Shown here in pieces: positions 59,552-64,000 of a DNA stretch of 64,000 nt (its first letter is position 1; the number at the start of each line of letters is the position of its first letter). Position numbers and translations under genes: made by a program. The stretch lies in the NCBI GenBank assembly GCA_965277685.1, contig OZ255830.1, forward strand, positions 1,385,367 to 1,449,366, in the 5' to 3' direction. Origin of the DNA: Alphaproteobacteria bacterium. GTDB taxonomy: Bacteria; Pseudomonadota; Alphaproteobacteria; GM7ARS4; CBDIDI01. The notes beneath the pieces are model-generated. The model was given only the letters and a program-made list of their open reading frames with translations. It was not told the origin of the DNA and searched no databases.

Positions 59552-60609
59552 ATACGCCCTCGCATATTCCGGTATTGCCGGATCAGGTCAAAAAGTGGTT
59601 ACCGACACGACCCGATGGAATTTATATCGATGGCACTTTTGGTGCCGGAGGGCATAGTCAGGCTTTGCTTGACCATTATCCTTGTCGGGTATTCGCCATT
59701 GATCGGGATCCCCGGGCGATTGCCGGCGCGGTTCGATTAAAGGAACGTTACCGTTCTCGCCTAACATTAATTCAGGGGCATTTTTCCCAAATGCGCGAAT
59801 TGCTGGCCGAGCACGGGGTATTTCAGGCCCATGGGGTTCTCTTTGATCTTGGTCTTTCATCGATGCAGCTTGCGTCCGGGGGATTTTCTTTTCGCGGCGA
59901 TGCCGATTTGGATATGCGGATGGATACGACCGGGGCCAGCGCGCGCGATCTTGTCAATCGCTCCGGAGAAAAAGAGCTTGAGCATATTTTGCGCCAATAC
60001 GGCGAGGAAAAAAAGGCACGGGCCATCGCGCGGGCCATCGTTGCCGCCCGCCGCCAAGCACCAATCATGCGAACGGGGGTGTTGGCCGATATCATTCGTT
60101 CGGTTTTGGGACACCGGCGCCCGGGGAAGATCGATCCGGCGACACGTTCCTTTCAAGCGATAAGAATTGCGGTTAACGACGAATTGACGGAACTGCGCCA
60201 AGGGCTTTCCCAGGCAGAGCACATCCTTGTCGCCGACGGACGTCTGGCGGTGATTTCGTTTCATTCGCTTGAGGATCGGATCGTCAAGAATTTCTTTCGC
60301 CCGGCGCCATCCCAAGCGCGCGGCGCGCCGGGGGGCGGCATCGTTTCCCAACCATCGTGGGCATTGTTGCATCGCGGCTGTTTGCGCCCGCAATCCGCGG
60401 AGGTCGAGATGAACCCGCGCGCGCGCAGTGCCCGGATGCGCGTTGCCCGCCGTCTTGGGTCGTCTTGGGCGGCAAAGCCGGTGTTATCCGGAAAGGCATC
60501 ATCCGGACGGGCAGTGCAAGATTCCGGCGTTATGGCGGGTGCGCACCGTTCCCATAGGGGGGCGGAAAAAGGCCGTGTCGTGGCCATCGGGTGCGGGCTA
60601 TGTCACTAA
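59548..60609 (+). CDS. rsmH: 16S rRNA (cytosine1402-N4)-methyltransferase RsmH (MraW), with a ~45-aa C-terminal extension
   Basis: HIPVLPDQV...YIDGTFGAGGHS SAM-binding motif. FDLGLSSMQL. Usual terminal NPRARSARMRVARRL is followed by extra residues that overlap the ftsL start. Confidence 0.9.
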   Translation: MNTPSHIPVLPDQVKKWLPTRPDGIYIDGTFGAGGHSQALLDHYPCRVFAIDRDPRAIAGAVRLKERYRSRLTLIQGHFSQMRELLAEHGVFQAHGVLFDLGLSSMQLASGGFSFRGDADLDMRMDTTGASARDLVNRSGEKELEHILRQYGEEKKARAIARAIVAARRQAPIMRTGVLADIIRSVLGHRRPGKIDPATRSFQAIRIAVNDELTELRQGLSQAEHILVADGRLAVISFHSLEDRIVKNFFRPAPSQARGAPGGGIVSQPSWALLHRGCLRPQSAEVEMNPRARSARMRVARRLGSSWAAKPVLSGKASSGRAVQDSGVMAGAHRSHRGAEKGRVVAIGCGLCH

Positions 60610-61022
60610 GGGGTGTGTTTGCCGTCGTGGTATGGGCGTTGATTATGCTTGTTTCGGGGTCGAGCGTCTTTGTCATCGAAAGAAACCTGATCCGCATCCA
60701 TCAGGAAAGGCGCGATCTTGAGCGTCTTATTATCGACTATCGGCGTAATATTCGCCTGTTAAGGGCAGAGAAAAGCTATCTCTTGCGGCCCGATCGCCTT
60801 GAATATATGGCCCGGCGCCATCTTTCGTTGACACCATCCAGGCCGGCCCGGGGTATGCATGCTGCCAATCGGCCAGGTTTAAAATCGACCATACAAGATA
60901 CGGCAATCGATTTGCCGATGGCGATGGGGCATGCCGCCAATCGGCCAGGTTTAAAATCGGTCATTTCAAAATCGACCATACAAGATACGGCAATCGATTC
61001 GCCGATGGCGATGGGGCGTTAA
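60600..61022 (+). CDS. ftsL: cell division protein FtsL (alphaproteobacterial type) with a duplicated C-terminal tail
   Basis: Position between rsmH and ftsI. Single TM segment VFAVVVWALIMLVSGSSVFVI followed by a coiled coil (IHQERRDLERLIIDYRRNIRLLRAEKSYL). Confidence 0.75.
   Translation: MSLRGVFAVVVWALIMLVSGSSVFVIERNLIRIHQERRDLERLIIDYRRNIRLLRAEKSYLLRPDRLEYMARRHLSLTPSRPARGMHAANRPGLKSTIQDTAIDLPMAMGHAANRPGLKSVISKSTIQDTAIDSPMAMGR
60842..61000 (+). repeat. in-frame ~72/87-bp tandem duplication at the ftsL 3' end (HAANRPGLKS..TIQDTAID[L/S]PMAMG x2)
   Basis: catgc[tc]gccaatcggccaggtttaaaatcg...accatacaagatacggcaatcgatt[tc]gccgatggcgatgggg repeated; copy 2 has an extra 15-nt internal insertion. 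Confidence 0.85.
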
Positions 61023-61024
61023 TA

Positions 61025-62830
61025 ATGCCCGGTCGAATGATTCCCCGCCCGGGTCGTGACCTGGTCATATTCGGTCCGGATGGACGCGATCCGATGACGG
61101 GGCCTTTGGATCCTTTTGCGACCGATAAAGGGGTCGATTTCACCGGTGATTCGCGTGGCTTGTCGCTGTCGGCGCGATTGCGTGTCGGAATGCTTGTCTT
61201 TTGTGCGATTTGGGGCGTGTTTACCTTTCGATCCATTGACCTTGCCATGATGGATCCATCGATACGGCAGGTGGCCACGGTTGCCGAAAACACGGTGCGC
61301 GGCGATATAATGGATCGCCATGGGCGGCTTCTTGCCACGAATATTGAGACGATTTCCCTTGGAATAAATCCAAGCGCGATCACCGATGCCGCCGCGTTAA
61401 GCGCACAATTGGCCGAAGTCTTTCCGACCATTGATGCCGCTAAAGTCAAACATTTGGCTTCGGGCAAAGGAAAATTTGCGGTGATCCGCCGCGATATTAG
61501 CCGCCGGCAGGAACGGGAAATATTATGGCGTGGTATTCCCGGCGTCGAATTCCAGCGTCGCTATCGCCGTATTTATCCCTATGGGCGGATGATGTCGCAT
61601 ATTGTCGGCTTTACCAACATGGACGGGCAGGGGCAATCGGGAATCGAGCGCACGATGGACGGCGTATTGGCCCACGATCCGGTTCGATTAACCATCGATG
61701 CCCGTTTCCAGCACGCCCTTCACGCGGAATTATCGGCGACTTTGCGCGCAACCGGTGCAACCGGTGCCAGCGGTGTCATTCTCGACACTACCAATGGCGC
61801 GATTGCGGCAATGGTGTCGTTGCCGGATTTTGATCCCCACCATCCGTATCCCGACGGCAAGCCTTCCCCGTCATTGTTTAATCGGGCGATTTCGGGCGTG
61901 TATGAGGTTGGTTCGTCCTTGAAATTATTCACCGCGGCGATGGCGTTGGAAAGCGGTGCCAGTCTTGACGATAGCTATGATGTCGGCACCCCGTTGCGAG
62001 TCGGTCGGCGAGTCGTGCGGGATTACCATCCGCGCAGTGGCTCGATCACCCTTGGCGAGGTCATTCAGCATTCCTCCAATATCGGCGCGGCGCGTATAGG
62101 ATTGGCGGTTGGCGGGTCGGCCCAAAAGCAATTTTTACGCCGCTTCGGCTTTTTTGATTCCCTGGCGGTTGAGATTGCTGAAAAGTCGCATCCTTTGGTA
62201 CCGGTGCGTTGGGGCAATGGTGAGGTCATTTCGGTTTCATTTGGTTATGGGATGGCACTCAGTCCCCTTCATATTGCCTCTGCATCGGTTCCGCTTGTCA
62301 ACGGCGGTATATTTTTCCAGCCAACCCTTTTGGCCGGGCATGACAATGCGCATCGACCGCAATATCGGATTATTTCGGAAGAGACATCTTTCGTCATGCG
62401 GCAAATGATGCGCAAGGTCGTGCATGCGGGTACGGGATCGAGGGCGCGCTCGGCCTATGATATCGGTGGCAAAACCGGGACGGCGAATATGATCACCGCA
62501 AAAGGGTATGATCGAGATCGCAATATCGTATCGTTCCTTGGGGCCTTTCCGATGATCGAGCCGCGCTATGTCGTCTTTGTATTGATTGAATCGCCGAATA
62601 AAGAGCCGGGGATATCGGCATTGCCGACCGGTGGACGGATTGCGGCACCGGTGGTGCGGAAAATTGTTGAGCGCATCGCCCCTCTGGAAGCCGTTTCCGG
62701 CTCTGATGGATCGATATTAGCCCCCATCCACACCCCTATTCCCCCCATCCACACCCCTATTCCCGCCATTTCCCCCATTCTCCCCATTCCCGGAGTTGAA
62801 AACGTTGCAGTTATCCGAACTGATCGCTGA
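61025..62830 (+). CDS. ftsI: peptidoglycan D,D-transpeptidase FtsI (PBP3)
   Basis: PBP dimerisation domain, then transpeptidase domain with SxxK (GSSLKLFTAA), SxN (HSSN) and KTGT (GKTGTA). Pro-rich repeat tail PIHTPIPPIHTPIPAISPILPIPG. Confidence 0.9.
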   Translation: MPGRMIPRPGRDLVIFGPDGRDPMTGPLDPFATDKGVDFTGDSRGLSLSARLRVGMLVFCAIWGVFTFRSIDLAMMDPSIRQVATVAENTVRGDIMDRHGRLLATNIETISLGINPSAITDAAALSAQLAEVFPTIDAAKVKHLASGKGKFAVIRRDISRRQEREILWRGIPGVEFQRRYRRIYPYGRMMSHIVGFTNMDGQGQSGIERTMDGVLAHDPVRLTIDARFQHALHAELSATLRATGATGASGVILDTTNGAIAAMVSLPDFDPHHPYPDGKPSPSLFNRAISGVYEVGSSLKLFTAAMALESGASLDDSYDVGTPLRVGRRVVRDYHPRSGSITLGEVIQHSSNIGAARIGLAVGGSAQKQFLRRFGFFDSLAVEIAEKSHPLVPVRWGNGEVISVSFGYGMALSPLHIASASVPLVNGGIFFQPTLLAGHDNAHRPQYRIISEETSFVMRQMMRKVVHAGTGSRARSAYDIGGKTGTANMITAKGYDRDRNIVSFLGAFPMIEPRYVVFVLIESPNKEPGISALPTGGRIAAPVVRKIVERIAPLEAVSGSDGSILAPIHTPIPPIHTPIPAISPILPIPGVENVAVIRTDR

Positions 62831-64000
62831 CAATCGGGATTGTGCCGCCGTTATTGGCGGTGTGTCCTGTGATATACGGGGGCTTGCGTGTGATTCTCGC
62901 AAGGTCGGCGATGGATTTTTGTTTGCCGCTTTGCCGGGCGAGCGTCACGATGGTCGCGATTTTATCGATCAGGCGGTCGAGCGCGGGGCCCGGGCGGCTT
63001 TGGGACCGGTCGGATTATCGGCGCGGGCCCCGGGACACGTCACGGTGGTTGAAAGCCATAATCCTCGTCGTGCCTTGGCCCAAATGGCGGCGCGCTGGTG
63101 GCACCCCCAGCCGGCGGTTGTCGCGGCGGTGACGGGAACCAACGGCAAAAGTTCGGTTGTGACGTATTTGCGTCAATTATGGGGCAACGCCGGTATTGCC
63201 GCCGCCGGCATTGGCACGTTGGGCATCGAAACGACGACGGCCAAGTCGGTAAAGCAAGGCAAAGGTCGGGCAATGACAACACCGGACAGTCTTGCTCTGC
63301 ATGAAATGCTACACTCTCTGTCGGGCCAATCGATCGGTCATGTCGCGATCGAAACATCATCCCATGCCCTTGCCCAGCATCGTGTTGACGGTGTCGTTTT
63401 AAGCGCGGCGGCGTTTACCTGTTTGGGTCGTGATCATCTTGATTATCACCATGATCAAGAGTCCTATTTTCATGCAAAGGGGCGCTTGTTTAGCGATATT
63501 CTACCGATATCTGCAACCGCCGTTCTAAACCGTGATTCGCCCCATGTTTTTGATCGGCTGTACCCATTATGCCGCCGGCGCAAGCATCGGATTTTTTCTT
63601 ATGGTTGGCACGATGATTCCGATTCACGGCGGGGTAATGGCGCGGATATCGATATTTCCTGTCGGCGGCAAGGGTTTGATCGATCGGGAATAAGCGTCGT
63701 TCTGGATATTGACGGGCATGCGTATCCGTGCCGCCTTCCCTTCATTGCCGATTTTCAGGTGATGAACGCATTATGCGCCCTTGGCATGTTTGCCGCCTGT
63801 GGCGGTCGTTGGTCGGACGGGGTTGCCGGGCTTGCCGGGTTAACGTCGCCAACGGGTCGGCTGCAAGCGATCTCGTCACCATTGGTGGGGGATCGCTCGA
63901 TTTATATTGATTATGCCCATACGGCCGATGCGCTGTCCTGTGTTTTGACGGCGCTGCGCCAACATATGGATATGGGTTTTGGGCAGGATGCGGGCAAAGC
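62796..64000 (+). CDS. murE: UDP-N-acetylmuramoyl-L-alanyl-D-glutamate--2,6-diaminopimelate ligase, N-terminal ~400 aa (continues past the window; start TTG 62796 or 62805, uncertain)
   Basis: Frame is open from 62796 to the window end and overlaps the ftsI stop. LKTLQLSELIADNRDCAAVIGGVSCDIRGLACDSRKVGDGFLFAALPGERHDGRDFIDQAVERGA. Mur ligase Walker-like GTNGKSS. Not in the ORF track because no stop falls inside the window. Confidence 0.8.
   Translation, partial: MKTLQLSELIADNRDCAAVIGGVSCDIRGLACDSRKVGDGFLFAALPGERHDGRDFIDQAVERGARAALGPVGLSARAPGHVTVVESHNPRRALAQMAARWWHPQPAVVAAVTGTNGKSSVVTYLRQLWGNAGIAAAGIGTLGIETTTAKSVKQGKGRAMTTPDSLALHEMLHSLSGQSIGHVAIETSSHALAQHRVDGVVLSAAAFTCLGRDHLDYHHDQESYFHAKGRLFSDILPISATAVLNRDSPHVFDRLYPLCRRRKHRIFSYGWHDDSDSRRGNGADIDISCRRQGFDRSGISVVLDIDGHAYPCRLPFIADFQVMNALCALGMFAACGGRWSDGVAGLAGLTSPTGRLQAISSPLVGDRSIYIDYAHTADALSCVLTALRQHMDMGFGQDAGK

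Noticed and set aside
1-64000. CRISPR arrays
   Set aside because: All repeat arrays are head-to-tail tandem duplications with no unique spacers between units. No cas genes are present.
1-64000. tRNA, rRNA, tmRNA and other structured RNA genes
   Set aside because: Visual scanning of the intergenic regions found no cloverleaf-compatible segment with a GTTCGANTC T-loop and no rRNA-like sequence. Not exhaustive; tRNAscan-SE and Infernal would be decisive.
1-64000. Transposases, integrases or IS elements as the source of the repeats
   Set aside because: No ORF with DDE or tyrosine recombinase motifs and no terminal inverted repeats flanking the arrays. The arrays are locus-specific, often copying the adjacent gene end.

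Overview
This window reads as a gene-dense, fairly high-GC alphaproteobacterial chromosome segment made almost entirely of housekeeping genes. The taxonomic call is my inference from gene content and local gene order (sdhE next to mfd, clpS-clpA, large PstC, mraZ-rsmH-ftsL-ftsI-murE). In order, the genes are: the 3' end of valS; a PHB cluster (phaR on minus, then a phaE-like gene, a class-III-type phaC, phaA and phaB on plus); gloB; a RodZ-like HTH/DUF4115 protein; ilvD; a HAMP-PP2C phosphatase; an AspC-family aminotransferase; uvrB; cstA; a serine/glyoxylate module (glycerate kinase, hydroxypyruvate reductase, serine-glyoxylate aminotransferase); recD2; mfd; sdhE; tyrS; a YhdP/AsmA-like giant envelope protein; glnE; bcp; apt; clpA and clpS; a PBP5/6-type D,D-carboxypeptidase with a SPOR domain; dxs; meaB; rpmB; pstC-pstA-pstB-phoU; a small TaqI/Eco57I-like (gamma-class) N6-adenine methyltransferase-like gene; hupE/ureJ; an orphan ABC-2 permease; a CbbY-like HAD hydrolase; dsbD; and the start of the dcw cluster (mraZ, rsmH, ftsL, ftsI and the 5' part of murE). 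I recognised no rRNA, tRNA, CRISPR array, transposase or integrase by eye. What does not fit an ordinary core region is an exceptional density of short tandem duplications (12-270 bp units, 2-13 copies), found both in intergenic DNA and in-frame inside essential genes. Five of these arrays begin at the 3' end of a gene and re-copy its stop codon (tyrS, glnE, apt, dacA, dsbD). One duplication copies the ribosome-binding site and first 9 codons of rpmB, producing a 29-codon upstream ORF whose TGA overlaps the rpmB ATG. The most likely foreign single-gene insertion is the 204-aa methyltransferase-like ORF between phoU and hupE. All calls rest on reading the translations and the nucleotide sequence; no database search was possible.
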